The notes under the pieces: model-generated
The model's database searches: none
Seen by the model: the letters and a program-made list of their open reading frames with translations, nothing else
Told to the model about the DNA's origin: nothing
IMG/VR virus record: IMGVR_UViG_3300010885_062553
Strand: one strand, 5' to 3'
Source: an uncultured virus (IMG/VR IMGVR_UViG_3300010885_062553)
Taxonomy: Duplodnaviria; Heunggongvirae; Uroviricota; Caudoviricetes
Length of the DNA stretch: 64,000 nucleotides
Made by a program: the position numbers and the translations under genes
In this document: one piece after another, positions 46,406 through 57,698 of the stretch
Position numbering within the stretch: the first letter of the stretch is position 1
Layout of the letters: every line of letters starts with the position of its first letter

Positions 46406-49400
46406 ATGGCAGGTACACAAAATTCAGTAAGTTCATTAATAGCTCAGTTTTTAAGACTGCAGAAGAATTCATTGGAGATATTAAACGGTTTAAACGAAGC
46501 CGCAGTTTCCACTAATGCTACTGTATCTATAGAAGTTTTGGATGAAAACGGTTTACCAAAAAATGCAAACATACCTTCGTATGGATATCTAAGAGGTGAA
46601 ATCCAAAGACTTGATAATAACATAAAAGCCCTTGCAGGCCTAGGTGATAATTCTGCAACAATCAGAAATCCTGACGGAACATATTCGCAAGTTTATAAAA
46701 CTGAAACACTTAAAGATCCTGTAGCTCTTTCAAATCTGCCAGTACCTAAAACATTCTACGTAAAGGATAATTGGTTCTTTGAAAGTTTTCTAAGTCCTCT
46801 TCTTTATATAAATGTTAATGTAACTGATAAAATCCCAGATTCAGAGGATCGAGTTCAGATTAAAAGAATAATTGCCAACACTGACACGGTAACTAAACAA
46901 AGTTACTTTGATAAAAATCTAAGTGGAAGAAACGATCTTTCACATGATCAATTTATAAATTATCTATCAGATGCTGGTATTGATTATTTTGTAGATGAAG
47001 ATATTATCCAGTTGCCTTTAAGATCAATTAGATTTTTTGGAAATTTTAGTGTTATCTCTTATTATGATGATGTCATAACAATGACAGATAAGAACGGTAA
47101 AACATTTAAAGAAACAAGAAGAAATTATAAGCTTAATACACTTAAATATACCGATTCACTTTCCGGAGTTAATGACGGTAGATATCTAGACGTTAATGAT
47201 AAAATATCAACACCGGGGGGAACACTTTATTTAATAACATCAGTTAACAAGGATCAATCTTCAATACAAGCTAAACGAATTTCAGGGTATGATCCAATAG
47301 CTCTTGGGGCAAATACCCTTTCTATTTCTTCAACCGATTTCGGACCAAGATATATTCAGGTTAATATTGGGTATAACGAAAGACAAGGGATTTTCTTTAA
47401 AACAATAGATGATAATTTTAATATAGTTGGATCTAATTGGTCATCCGGTATTGTTTTCTGGAGTAATAATCTGGAGACAAAAGATTCTAACGGAAACGTA
47501 GTTTCACTGGAGAGCTATTATCTGTCAGATGTTTCGGATCTGGGTAAAATATTTTTGGGAATGTCTAAGGAGAAAAAAATCCCTGCGGTTCAAGGGCTTC
47601 TCCCCGATACGCCCCAAGTTTCTTCTGATAACTTTAAGGTTGTTCAAATCAATAAACAGGTTACTGACTCGACATCAGTAAAAACAATAAACGAAAAGCT
47701 ACAGGCTAAGTCCACTTTAAAAAGCGAGATATCATCTTTAGATGATTCGATTAATAAAGTTAGACTACAATTAAATACAGGAATCGGTACTTCTAATCAG
47801 TCATCTTCTCAATTAAATACCCAGAACAATGAAATTAATGCAATTCTTGGAGCAAATCTAACACAATCCCAAAACAGACAGGTTACTAATCCTATTGGGG
47901 TTAATGTTAATTCTTTGAGAGCAAGTTTAAATAATTTGATAGAGGAGAGAAGTAAAAAAGTTCAGCTTTATTCTTCTATTGTAGCTGACGTGAATTCTCT
48001 TACTACGGACGTTCCTCAGCTGTTAGAAACACCAAAGTACAGGGTTAGAGGATTTTGGCCAATCCCTTTACCTAGATATAGCTCTCAGACAGGAAATCAG
48101 GAGGTGATTCAATTTTCTGTTAGGTATAGATATTTAAGCGATTCAGGTTCAGCTCAGCCTTCTGAGACGATAGAATATATGGACACTGACGGTACGCTAA
48201 AAACCGGCACTTTTTCGAACTGGATTGAATACAAAACCGACATTAGAAAAAAAGAGTATTTAACCTCTAAGGGGGTGTATGTTTGGTCTCCAGAAATAAC
48301 AGCAGATGGGAATGCGCAAAATATAAATCAATTAGATCTTCCTATTACGAAAGGAGAAAGGCTGGAAATTCAGATTGCTTCAGTCTCTGAAGCTGGCTGG
48401 CCAGATAATCCTTTAGTGTCAGATTATTCTACTTCTGTTATAATATCTTTCCCTGATAATCTATCAGTTTCCGGGGTTTCTGATATAGTAAAGGTGAATA
48501 ATCAAGATGCTGCAGTCGTTAAAATGCAATCTGATCTTGATGCACAGGGTCTTCCGATTCACCTTTCCCAACAGTTTACTTCCGGAGATAAAACATATTT
48601 TCATGATACTAGTGGAATAGCTAGTGGATTTTTTACAAGTAATGGTGTGGTGATAAATCTTTTTGAAAAGCTTACTGATCTGCAAAATCAAATAAATCTA
48701 ATTAAGTCTAATATAAGTAATGCTAGAGGTGTTCTTGAAGTTTATATAGTTGATTCATCAGGCAATAAGCTTAAAGTTTCTAAAGGATCTTCGATTAAGC
48801 TAAATGCTGGATTTACAAGTGACTTTTTTACCTCACCTTTAAATTATGACGCTGGAAAGATTGCTTCCATTACTTATTCTATTCAGCTATACAATTCACA
48901 GGCATCCCCGGTTGAGCTAGGATCATCTATTCCTGGTGGGCTTGATACTAGAGCTCCTCTAACAGTCGAGAATAACTATCCGTCGGGATATGATACCAAT
49001 CTTAGATACAGTGATGCTCCTATTTCTTTAACATCTGTAACACAGTCTGCTCTTGTTGCTGACGGAAGATCTAATACGTTTTTTAGACAACAGCCACCCT
49101 ATGCATCGGCAAGTTCTTATTCGCAATTTATTTATCAAAGGTATAAAAGTGTTGGATTTGATCAGATCCTTCTTAATAATTCATCCGCACCACAGAATCT
49201 TTCTACGTATTTTAGTAATACCTATTTTACAAGTTATCTCTATGATGCTATAACTCAGACAAATTTTGGGGTAACAGATAGATATCCGCAAAACGGAACT
49301 ATAATGACCCCTTACGATCCTCGAAATATTGACCCAACCATATCTGGTGCAACGTCATCTAATATTTGGTCTGGTTATTTTTCAGATACCAGTGGCGGAT

Positions 49401-50056
49401 CACCTTTAGGGGGAGGAGCAATTTCAGAGTTTTGTATAGATGTAAGACATCCATATTTAATAGAGGTTGGAAACCAGAATACTTATAACGGGGATTATCC
49501 TACCTTGGTAAAGCCTTATGCAGATCCAACACAAGCAATATCATATGCTCCTTTTAGACACACTCAATGTTTTTGGGGAGACACTTCATTAAATTACTAT
49601 TGGGTTCAGAGCTCATACAGATCCCCTGGTGTGTTTCCCACTGATGATCAAACTCCAAGGGCTGATAACATGTATTCAGATAAGCTAGGGTTTACCTCAA
49701 ACGATGAATACTTAATAGGTAAATATTCGTGCGGTGCTTATTTATTCTTGGCTCCGTCTTTAGCAAATAAAATACAGGTTCCTGGAAACACAAGTCTTTC
49801 TTCTACTAATCTTTTTGATGGTGATTCTAATGCGATAAACATTCCTCTTGTTTTTCAATTCAGAACAGTGGATAAGGCTGGATATATTGGCGGATGGAGA
49901 AAAACAGGTAACATCACAAATATAACCTATACTAAAAAAATAGGTATAGATGTAAAAGTACTGAACGAGGATCCATTTTCTTTTGATGTACAAGTAACTG
50001 GATCATATAAAAACGACACTCTAGTTTCCCCTAATTTTAGTAGTGGGAGAGTGTAA
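46406..50056 (+). CDS. Putative virion structural protein
   Basis: 1216-aa ORF with coiled-coil stretches and a beta-sandwich-like region. Confidence 0.5.
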   Translation: MAGTQNSVSSLIAQFLRLQKNSLEILNGLNEAAVSTNATVSIEVLDENGLPKNANIPSYGYLRGEIQRLDNNIKALAGLGDNSATIRNPDGTYSQVYKTETLKDPVALSNLPVPKTFYVKDNWFFESFLSPLLYINVNVTDKIPDSEDRVQIKRIIANTDTVTKQSYFDKNLSGRNDLSHDQFINYLSDAGIDYFVDEDIIQLPLRSIRFFGNFSVISYYDDVITMTDKNGKTFKETRRNYKLNTLKYTDSLSGVNDGRYLDVNDKISTPGGTLYLITSVNKDQSSIQAKRISGYDPIALGANTLSISSTDFGPRYIQVNIGYNERQGIFFKTIDDNFNIVGSNWSSGIVFWSNNLETKDSNGNVVSLESYYLSDVSDLGKIFLGMSKEKKIPAVQGLLPDTPQVSSDNFKVVQINKQVTDSTSVKTINEKLQAKSTLKSEISSLDDSINKVRLQLNTGIGTSNQSSSQLNTQNNEINAILGANLTQSQNRQVTNPIGVNVNSLRASLNNLIEERSKKVQLYSSIVADVNSLTTDVPQLLETPKYRVRGFWPIPLPRYSSQTGNQEVIQFSVRYRYLSDSGSAQPSETIEYMDTDGTLKTGTFSNWIEYKTDIRKKEYLTSKGVYVWSPEITADGNAQNINQLDLPITKGERLEIQIASVSEAGWPDNPLVSDYSTSVIISFPDNLSVSGVSDIVKVNNQDAAVVKMQSDLDAQGLPIHLSQQFTSGDKTYFHDTSGIASGFFTSNGVVINLFEKLTDLQNQINLIKSNISNARGVLEVYIVDSSGNKLKVSKGSSIKLNAGFTSDFFTSPLNYDAGKIASITYSIQLYNSQASPVELGSSIPGGLDTRAPLTVENNYPSGYDTNLRYSDAPISLTSVTQSALVADGRSNTFFRQQPPYASASSYSQFIYQRYKSVGFDQILLNNSSAPQNLSTYFSNTYFTSYLYDAITQTNFGVTDRYPQNGTIMTPYDPRNIDPTISGATSSNIWSGYFSDTSGGSPLGGGAISEFCIDVRHPYLIEVGNQNTYNGDYPTLVKPYADPTQAISYAPFRHTQCFWGDTSLNYYWVQSSYRSPGVFPTDDQTPRADNMYSDKLGFTSNDEYLIGKYSCGAYLFLAPSLANKIQVPGNTSLSSTNLFDGDSNAINIPLVFQFRTVDKAGYIGGWRKTGNITNITYTKKIGIDVKVLNEDPFSFDVQVTGSYKNDTLVSPNFSSGRV

Positions 50057-50086
50057 ATTAGGTAATAGATAAAATCAAAGGATAAT

Positions 50087-53000
50087 ATGTCCCAATCTAA
50101 ACTTTTTGATTATAATACATCATTCTCAGTAATTAGAACTAATCCTAAAATTTCTGGAAATTTTAAAATTACTGTTGATTCTTCCGGAGGTGTTTGGTTT
50201 AATTCTATGAATGCTAATCAAACATTAAGTTCATCACGTTTTAAGAGATTTAATATAACAGGTGATAATAGTTACTCCGTTGATCTATTTAATTATTTTG
50301 ATAAGGGTACACTTTCTAATAGCATAGTTTTTGATGTTGCTAAATTTACCGACGGTGATAAAAGATCTGCTGAGAATTTTTCAGGACAATATGATTTTTT
50401 CTATTCTAGTGGAGCTTCTTTATTAATTGATGGTAATTATAATGAAGATTTTTCGTACTTCCAGCCTCTTTGGGTTAAAAATGAAATACCAGATTTTTTT
50501 GTTGTGTTTAAAGTTCCTGGACCTTTAAGCTATTCTTACACAGAAAACCAAACTAAAATATCAGAGGGTACTTCTTACAAGGTTATCCAAGATTATTCAT
50601 CGGATGGTGATTTTATTATACAATATGGGATTGATCCATACGGTAATCCAAAGAGTTATAAAAGTGGTGATATTTTTAAAGGGGTTTTAAATGTTGATTC
50701 GTATTCAATACTAAGTGGAAGTGGAAAAGTTGCTATATTTAATGAGTTAAATAACATCTCACTTGTTGATAATATTGATTCGACATTTAGAGAAAAAATT
50801 CTTCCGAATTGCAGGGTAATTAAAACATTTGACCTTAGGGAATCAACTAAAATTGGAAAGTATATAAGATCTATTTTTAATAATCCAGGGTTTTCCACAT
50901 CACCATTAGAGATTAACTGGGGAAATGATTCATATAGCTATTTTAAAGGAGTTAGCTATTCAGAAGGGGTTTTTTCTAAAAAAGGAGAACAGCTAAGTTC
51001 GTTTTTATCCTCTTCTAAATCTGATCCAATGATAGATCTAGAAGATTATATCACTTCGGGGTTTTCAAGAAATGGTTTAATTTGTCCAAATCTTCTTAAT
51101 CTAGAGTTTCTTTTTAATGATGAAGACTCTGATCTCTATACTATAAATAGGTATTTTGGTCTTTATGTTTCACGTAATGATGTTTCCGAATTACAGTTAA
51201 ACGGTAATTTCTTTTTTAAGCACAAAAACGATGCGGGTAATTTAAATCTTCCAAAGCCATCCGTAAATAATGTTGGATACTATGACAATAATTTTTCTAA
51301 TCCAATATCATCTTCTTGCGGGGTTAGACTTTACTACGAGGGTGCCAGCGGATATCTACCAGGATCTGATAATGTAAATGTTGAATATTCAGATAAACTT
51401 TTTTATTTAACAGATAAGTATGATAATTTTTACAGCTTAAAAAGAATTGAAAAATATTCGGAAGAACTGGCATCTGGTACTGACATCTCTTGCTATCAAT
51501 ATGGTCCTTATCGTCCAGAAACGGATTCATTTGGAACTACTGGATCTTTCCACTCTAATTCAAGCGGATCCCTGGTAATACATAACACTAAGACAGATCT
51601 TTTGAATTTTACCGGGAGTGATAAAAAAATTGCTACCGTTCCAGGTTCAAATGCTTCTAAAGCAGGAAACCCGTATTTTGAAGTTGAGTTTTTGAAGAAT
51701 TGGGAATTCCCGGAGCATCTTACATTTAAAATATATTGGCCTAATGGGTCTATTAGGGAAGGTGGAAGAAAATATGATCTTGTTAAATCTGGAGATTTTT
51801 CAGCTGTTCTCATTTGGACTGGAGGATCTTATTATTCTAGTGGTACTTCGTACTACTTTAATGCTATCACCGGATCTACTACTGAAATAGCATCGGCATT
51901 TTCATCCTTAATAAGAAGTGTAGACACCTCAACTTGGGATTCTGCAAATAATTCAGCATCCTCTATTATTAGATCAAAATTCAGGGGCATACAAACGGAT
52001 AAATCTTATTCTGTTAGTATCTTTGATAACTATGATGAATTTACTTCAAGATTTAAAGGATCATGGGATAGTACTTCTTCATACTCACAATCTGATATTG
52101 TTCTTTATAATGAGACCTATTATTCAGCTTTAAATAACATAGTAGCGTCTACTAGTCTAAGTCCATCACCTGATGATGATATTGATAACTGGGAAATCTA
52201 TTACACCTTTTCAAAATCAGGATATGTTAAAATAAATGGGGCTGATGCTTCTCAGATATTCAAAAATGTTAATTTTATTGGCGGATCGGATACTAAAGAA
52301 TGTAGAGTAGTTTTCAGCAACAAGTACTCAAACATAGTTAAACCAGGCTATTTCATAAACAGTTTAACAGGAACCTCTGAAATTTTAGAAGTGACTAAGT
52401 ATGTTGACGAACCAATAATTGATCCATTGACTGGTCAAATAACGTCATTTAACAATTTTGATAGCCTCCTGGTTGCTAATCTTGCTAATCAATTTGCAAC
52501 AGTTCAGTTAGGATCTGATGGATCGTTTAATGTGTATAGCTCAAATAAAAGCCATATAGGGGTATTTACATTCTTTGACGTCAAGGAATTTGATTTTGAT
52601 TTCTGGAGTTCTGAGTATTCTTATACGCCAACCCCGGAAACATATAAGTATTATCAATTAGAAGTTAATAGAACTGGTGAGATTAAAGCTAATATACCTT
52701 ATTTTGTAAAGAGTGGACAGATTCTGTATTCTGGCTCAATTTATAATACAGGAGATTTATTTTATGGTATAACAGGATCAACATCTTTTATTAATTCTGC
52801 TCCATCTTTGAATTCTTTGCCTGTTGTTTTTCCTGCTCAGTATTCTAACGTCACATATACTGGTAATATGAATTATTCTAATATTGACTATTATCAGGAC
52901 TTTAATACGTTTGATGGGTTTATAGGGATTCAAAGTTTAGATCCTACCAGATTAAGTTCTTCCGCCTCTAAATTGGACGTTTTCAATAACGGTAAATTGA

Positions 53001-55891
53001 ATACCGAATATGAGTATTTGTGGGAAAATTACACTATAGAAAGATCTAACATCTCCAGAATAGTTCCTTATATAAACAAATGGGGCTATTTTAATGGATA
53101 CGATGCAAGAGGTAATCAATACAGGCTAAATTCAAGCCCAGCTTTCACACCACTTAATTTTTCTCCAAGCTTAGATAAAATATCTATAGATACTAGATAT
53201 CTAACAATGGAGTGGTTTTTGTTGGAGCAACCTCCTAGAAACTTCCCCGTAGAAGATATGGGTGATCAAAAAAGTTATTTGTCAGGTAAAATAGATCTGG
53301 ATAAAGCTAGAAGTGCAAATCCTGAAGATTCCCTTTATCTTTCTTCTTATTTTACGGTTGAGCCTGGTGATTATCCGCAAGAATATGTTAACGAAAAGAA
53401 TTACACTAAGGAGCTTTTCTCTTCTTTTCAATATAATCCGGCATCTTCTTATTATGAAACAATCTTTAGAGGAATTAAGGTTGTTCTTAAAAAAAAGGTA
53501 GAAAATTATACCAACTCAACTAGTAAATATATTCCTAATTATAGAGGCTATGAAGATTATAAATTTTCAGCGATATTAAGAATAGTTAATGAGGACGATT
53601 CTATAATTCAAGCTCCAGTTTCCTACGAAGTTATTGAGAACGCCCAGCAAAAATTCGTTTTGTTTGTTTGCAATCTGATAATGAAAGACCAAAGGCTATT
53701 TCCTCTAGGATCTATCCAATCTGATGATTATATAATAGATTATACCACTTTATATTCTGCTAAGAATAAAACTAGTGTTACCCCACCTACTTTAATTACT
53801 ACTGGATCAGGAGATGGCTGGACAGGAACTGATTTTTCTAGCGGATATACCCACGAGTATAACTCCTCCGCTGACCCTTTAATATCCGATGTTTTCTCCG
53901 CAGCCACTGGTGCTTTTTATAATCTGGTATACGAAATCTCCGGCGTAACTGCAGGTTCTGTGTCTATAGGATTTTGTGGAGTTAATATAGGCTCTGGTAT
54001 AACAGCATCAGGAAATTCCGTTATAAAAGCTGCAGCAAATTCTGGATTAGAAGTAACCCCAACATTGGATTTCACGGGAGCATTCTCTGCATACCTAGAA
54101 TATCCTATCACTACCGGATCTAAATTTACTTATATTGATGACGTCAAATTGAGCTCTGGGTTAGATCTATCACTAGCAGCGGGTAGTTTAGTTGATACGA
54201 ATACCGGGGTGAATGGGAGAATAAACATAGCTAAAAATAACTCTTACGATACAGATCTAAGGGAAGAGATCCATCTTTTTTATGTACAGAATCCAATAGG
54301 AGCTACTGCACCAACAATCTTAGCAACTGGAATTGGTAGTTTTAGTGTACCCTCTATTTCTTGCACGTACCCTTGGCCTACTGGTATTGGTCCTTCCTAT
54401 GTCAATTTTGGTCAGGTTTCAGAGGCTCAAAATTATATTTTCAACGTTCCTTTTTCAATATCTTCGCCAGTAATTGTCCCTGTTGGTTCTAATGTAATAT
54501 ATAAAGATGCACCGGTTTTTCAGGTGGGCGGAGGGGAAAAATATTTTAGCGGAATTCTAAACAGATGCACAGCAGCATACATTTCTCAAAAAATAAACAG
54601 CAGCTCTAGCTATATCACTTACACTTCTTATTTTTGGAATGATGTAGATTTAAGTACTGATTCTAAAAGTAATGGATTTGAGATCTATTTTGAACCGCCA
54701 ACTAAAATAATAAAACCATTAGGTACAAGTTTTTCTAAATCATATACTGGTCCTCAAGATCTTAGGGGTACCTCCAAAGTAACAAATTACGTTTTAAATC
54801 CGGGTGATGGTAAATATTCTTCCATTTTAGTTAGATACTCTGGATTCTATGAGCCCATTTTTAGAAAGGTGATTCATTTTAACAAGGACAAGATCGATTC
54901 TATTTCAGAAGGAACACACTCCATAGATCTATCATATAGAAATTGCAATTTTGATTCTGGTAAATATTACTTTGGGGTTTCCAGAAATCTAAGCTATACC
55001 AAGGTTTCATTAGGAAATCCAATTTTGGCTTTATCTAGCTCCATACCAGAAGGACCTGTTTATCCTCTAGTAGGTCAAACCCCAATAGCAATTAGGGACT
55101 TTAATTTATTCTCATCTTCTTGGGATCCTGGATATTATAGGGGTTACACAAGTGCAACAACTTACCTCAAAATGGCAGGAACCAGATCTATGAAGGAGAT
55201 AAAAACTTTCTTTGGCTCTAAAATAATGAAGACCCCAGACTCTATATCAGCCCCGAATTACATAACTTTGGAAATATCAAGAACTTCAGGCTCTACAAGC
55301 ATATCTTCTTTAAATTCTATAATAAGCGGATTTATAAAACCAATTCAAAACATCACATCTTCAAATTCAGGGAAAGGCATAGGATCCGTTGGGCCATATC
55401 TTTCGGGGGTAGATTTCAATAAATTGGATTTAAGCATATTTCCTGAGAGTGAAATCTTTTGGCAGTATTTTAAAGACATAAATAAGTTAAAGGGAATCAT
55501 TAGATTGGATAGAATTTTAAGAAGATTTCTGCTTAATTCTGGAATAAAAAACGTTTTTATTGATAATATAATATCAGAGTTCGGAGTAGGGGATCCAAAT
55601 TCAATAAATGATGATATAAATTCCTATATAGATCTAAACGTTTCTCCAGCATTCCAGGGTGGATCTTTTAATCTATACGTAAAGAAAACTGCTAGTCAGG
55701 AAAATTTATCATCAATTAAAGAAGCCGTTAGAGGGGATTTGCTTCAGAGTGATTTGATTAATAACGGTTATATCTTAGATAATAACTATAGCCTAACTAG
55801 TATTAGTAGTTTAGTGTATGAATTTGAGTATCCTCTAGAAAAAAATTACAATTATTCAATCCAATTTGATTTAAGTATAATCAAGATATAA
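50087..55891 (+). CDS. Giant putative virion structural protein with CBM5/12-like module
   Basis: 1934 aa; WDSTSSYSQSDIVLYNETYYSAL...P....NW at about 52064-52195. Confidence 0.55.
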   Translation: MSQSKLFDYNTSFSVIRTNPKISGNFKITVDSSGGVWFNSMNANQTLSSSRFKRFNITGDNSYSVDLFNYFDKGTLSNSIVFDVAKFTDGDKRSAENFSGQYDFFYSSGASLLIDGNYNEDFSYFQPLWVKNEIPDFFVVFKVPGPLSYSYTENQTKISEGTSYKVIQDYSSDGDFIIQYGIDPYGNPKSYKSGDIFKGVLNVDSYSILSGSGKVAIFNELNNISLVDNIDSTFREKILPNCRVIKTFDLRESTKIGKYIRSIFNNPGFSTSPLEINWGNDSYSYFKGVSYSEGVFSKKGEQLSSFLSSSKSDPMIDLEDYITSGFSRNGLICPNLLNLEFLFNDEDSDLYTINRYFGLYVSRNDVSELQLNGNFFFKHKNDAGNLNLPKPSVNNVGYYDNNFSNPISSSCGVRLYYEGASGYLPGSDNVNVEYSDKLFYLTDKYDNFYSLKRIEKYSEELASGTDISCYQYGPYRPETDSFGTTGSFHSNSSGSLVIHNTKTDLLNFTGSDKKIATVPGSNASKAGNPYFEVEFLKNWEFPEHLTFKIYWPNGSIREGGRKYDLVKSGDFSAVLIWTGGSYYSSGTSYYFNAITGSTTEIASAFSSLIRSVDTSTWDSANNSASSIIRSKFRGIQTDKSYSVSIFDNYDEFTSRFKGSWDSTSSYSQSDIVLYNETYYSALNNIVASTSLSPSPDDDIDNWEIYYTFSKSGYVKINGADASQIFKNVNFIGGSDTKECRVVFSNKYSNIVKPGYFINSLTGTSEILEVTKYVDEPIIDPLTGQITSFNNFDSLLVANLANQFATVQLGSDGSFNVYSSNKSHIGVFTFFDVKEFDFDFWSSEYSYTPTPETYKYYQLEVNRTGEIKANIPYFVKSGQILYSGSIYNTGDLFYGITGSTSFINSAPSLNSLPVVFPAQYSNVTYTGNMNYSNIDYYQDFNTFDGFIGIQSLDPTRLSSSASKLDVFNNGKLNTEYEYLWENYTIERSNISRIVPYINKWGYFNGYDARGNQYRLNSSPAFTPLNFSPSLDKISIDTRYLTMEWFLLEQPPRNFPVEDMGDQKSYLSGKIDLDKARSANPEDSLYLSSYFTVEPGDYPQEYVNEKNYTKELFSSFQYNPASSYYETIFRGIKVVLKKKVENYTNSTSKYIPNYRGYEDYKFSAILRIVNEDDSIIQAPVSYEVIENAQQKFVLFVCNLIMKDQRLFPLGSIQSDDYIIDYTTLYSAKNKTSVTPPTLITTGSGDGWTGTDFSSGYTHEYNSSADPLISDVFSAATGAFYNLVYEISGVTAGSVSIGFCGVNIGSGITASGNSVIKAAANSGLEVTPTLDFTGAFSAYLEYPITTGSKFTYIDDVKLSSGLDLSLAAGSLVDTNTGVNGRINIAKNNSYDTDLREEIHLFYVQNPIGATAPTILATGIGSFSVPSISCTYPWPTGIGPSYVNFGQVSEAQNYIFNVPFSISSPVIVPVGSNVIYKDAPVFQVGGGEKYFSGILNRCTAAYISQKINSSSSYITYTSYFWNDVDLSTDSKSNGFEIYFEPPTKIIKPLGTSFSKSYTGPQDLRGTSKVTNYVLNPGDGKYSSILVRYSGFYEPIFRKVIHFNKDKIDSISEGTHSIDLSYRNCNFDSGKYYFGVSRNLSYTKVSLGNPILALSSSIPEGPVYPLVGQTPIAIRDFNLFSSSWDPGYYRGYTSATTYLKMAGTRSMKEIKTFFGSKIMKTPDSISAPNYITLEISRTSGSTSISSLNSIISGFIKPIQNITSSNSGKGIGSVGPYLSGVDFNKLDLSIFPESEIFWQYFKDINKLKGIIRLDRILRRFLLNSGIKNVFIDNIISEFGVGDPNSINDDINSYIDLNVSPAFQGGSFNLYVKKTASQENLSSIKEAVRGDLLQSDLINNGYILDNNYSLTSISSLVYEFEYPLEKNYNYSIQFDLSIIKI

Positions 55892-55892
55892 A

Positions 55893-57677
55893 ATGCCAAA
55901 AACGAATATATTAGCTATAAATTATAATGACGATCAGAGCTCTATTATAAATAAGTTAAATAATAATTTTGATGAAACGTTGGAGCTTCATGGGGGATCT
56001 CAGGGAATTCAGGGTGAAACCGGTCCCGCTGGTCCTATAGGTGAGATTGGGCCAAAGGGACAAACAGGAAATTCTGGAGTCAGAGGGAGCAAGTGGTTAA
56101 TCTCATCTTCAGCTCCAATAGGTGGTATTGATAATCCGATTATATTAAGTGACTATTGGGTTAATAGCAATGATGGTGAGATTAGCATTTTTACTGATTA
56201 TGGCTGGACCCCTACTGGATATAATTTAAATTCGACTGGTGAGGTTTTTTCTATAGTGGAAAGTAGGTATAGAGATAATGCAAGTCCAGCTTCCGGATTG
56301 ACCGGATCTTCTCTAATAATAAATCAGATAGATCCTAGCTTATATTCTTTTATTTTTTCAGACAGTAATCCAGAAGCAGGACCAACAAATCCGGATCTTT
56401 CCAAATTTGTGATATCCACTGATTCGTCAGTAAATTCAGGAGCACTTCTTGAGTTTTCTAAAACAAATCTAGAAACAGGTTCACCTTTAGATTATGGACA
56501 GCATCCAGTATTTAAATGGACTTCACCAGGCATTAATAATAGCTCATTGCTATGGGGAATTCCGGGAGGATCATTTTCTCTTGGAGCTTCTGGTGGAATT
56601 TCTTTCTCTTTTGATTCCTCTACTTTATCCTCAGGAAGAAGCATGTTTATTAATTATGGAGTCGGGGTTACTGGAACTTCCGGATTTAATGGGATCTATG
56701 CCACTGGAGGTATACAGATAAATTCGTCTAACTTCGTCATCGATTCTAAATTTTTGACTTACAATAAGGGATACTACAGTGGACCTAATTATGGAAGCTC
56801 ACTTCAAATTAGGAATTCTTTTAATCTCAATTACCCTAATTCTGTTTCTGAAATTCCTGTACTAAGAATAAATGGATTACCTGGATCACTTCTTTCTGTA
56901 GAGAGAGAAAATGATTCATTGTCAGCATCTTCCCTCCAGAACTATGCTTTTTCTTTCAAATCTCAAAATGTAAACAAATCATATCTTGATTCTAGAGGCA
57001 AACTTTTGACTGGTGCTTCATATTCGCCTATAATTTTTCCAGGAAATCTCTCAGGAATAACAGCATCTGCCAGTGGTCCAACGGGAACAAATGAAGTTGT
57101 TTCGTGGTATTTATTATCTCAGCCATATACGGAAACACTCACAATCACACAGCAGAATGGGATTCTAGGTGTAGTTCCGGTTACTAGCGGGAATACTTTA
57201 GTTTTTACTCCGAATTTTCCAAATTTAGGAGGAGCTAAAGGATCTTATGTTGGGATTGGATTTTATTCAGGATCAGGAGGATGGAATGACACATATTCGT
57301 CAACAGGGCCTACTGCTAGCAGAAATTTCCTTCTCTCCGGGGAATCTGTTAGCTTTACTGCATATTGTGTATCTGATACTTATTCAGGGTATGGCTACCC
57401 TTCCAGCCCTTCCAGCTTTTCTGACACTTCAAACTATAATGGGTTTGGCTATATCGGATATGGAGGGACATCAGGAACTGTCAATAGAGTAGTTAATCTC
57501 CCATTCAAAGCTCAAGCAATGGATTTTACCATTTATAGGCCAGCTACGGGAGGGGGATTTACAGGGGGAATTGGTGTTTATTGGAGAGCTTATAGTACTG
57601 GAATAACCCCAGGAACAACTAGCACAGTAAATACAGGAGGATCAGGAGGCTTTTTTACTATACCTGATATATATTAA
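55893..57677 (+). CDS. Collagen-repeat tail fibre-like protein, paralogue 1
   Basis: 11 Gly-X-Y triplets after K.N.NF motif; shared NP..SK.VIST, LEFSK and P.F.W blocks. Confidence 0.7.
   Translation: MPKTNILAINYNDDQSSIINKLNNNFDETLELHGGSQGIQGETGPAGPIGEIGPKGQTGNSGVRGSKWLISSSAPIGGIDNPIILSDYWVNSNDGEISIFTDYGWTPTGYNLNSTGEVFSIVESRYRDNASPASGLTGSSLIINQIDPSLYSFIFSDSNPEAGPTNPDLSKFVISTDSSVNSGALLEFSKTNLETGSPLDYGQHPVFKWTSPGINNSSLLWGIPGGSFSLGASGGISFSFDSSTLSSGRSMFINYGVGVTGTSGFNGIYATGGIQINSSNFVIDSKFLTYNKGYYSGPNYGSSLQIRNSFNLNYPNSVSEIPVLRINGLPGSLLSVERENDSLSASSLQNYAFSFKSQNVNKSYLDSRGKLLTGASYSPIIFPGNLSGITASASGPTGTNEVVSWYLLSQPYTETLTITQQNGILGVVPVTSGNTLVFTPNFPNLGGAKGSYVGIGFYSGSGGWNDTYSSTGPTASRNFLLSGESVSFTAYCVSDTYSGYGYPSSPSSFSDTSNYNGFGYIGYGGTSGTVNRVVNLPFKAQAMDFTIYRPATGGGFTGGIGVYWRAYSTGITPGTTSTVNTGGSGGFFTIPDIY
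57666..57673 (+). promoter_or_regulatory. Putative late promoter GATATATA overlapping the end of the upstream CDS
   Basis: Exact octamer 25 nt before the ATG at 57699. Confidence 0.55.
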
Positions 57678-57698
57678 ACAGTAAACCATTAAACCTAA

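Noticed and set aside
264..57673. TATA-like boxes as a sign of a eukaryotic or giant-virus origin
   Set aside because: T4-like tail and baseplate genes, intrinsic terminators, overlapping operonic genes and an S1 homologue indicate a bacteriophage.
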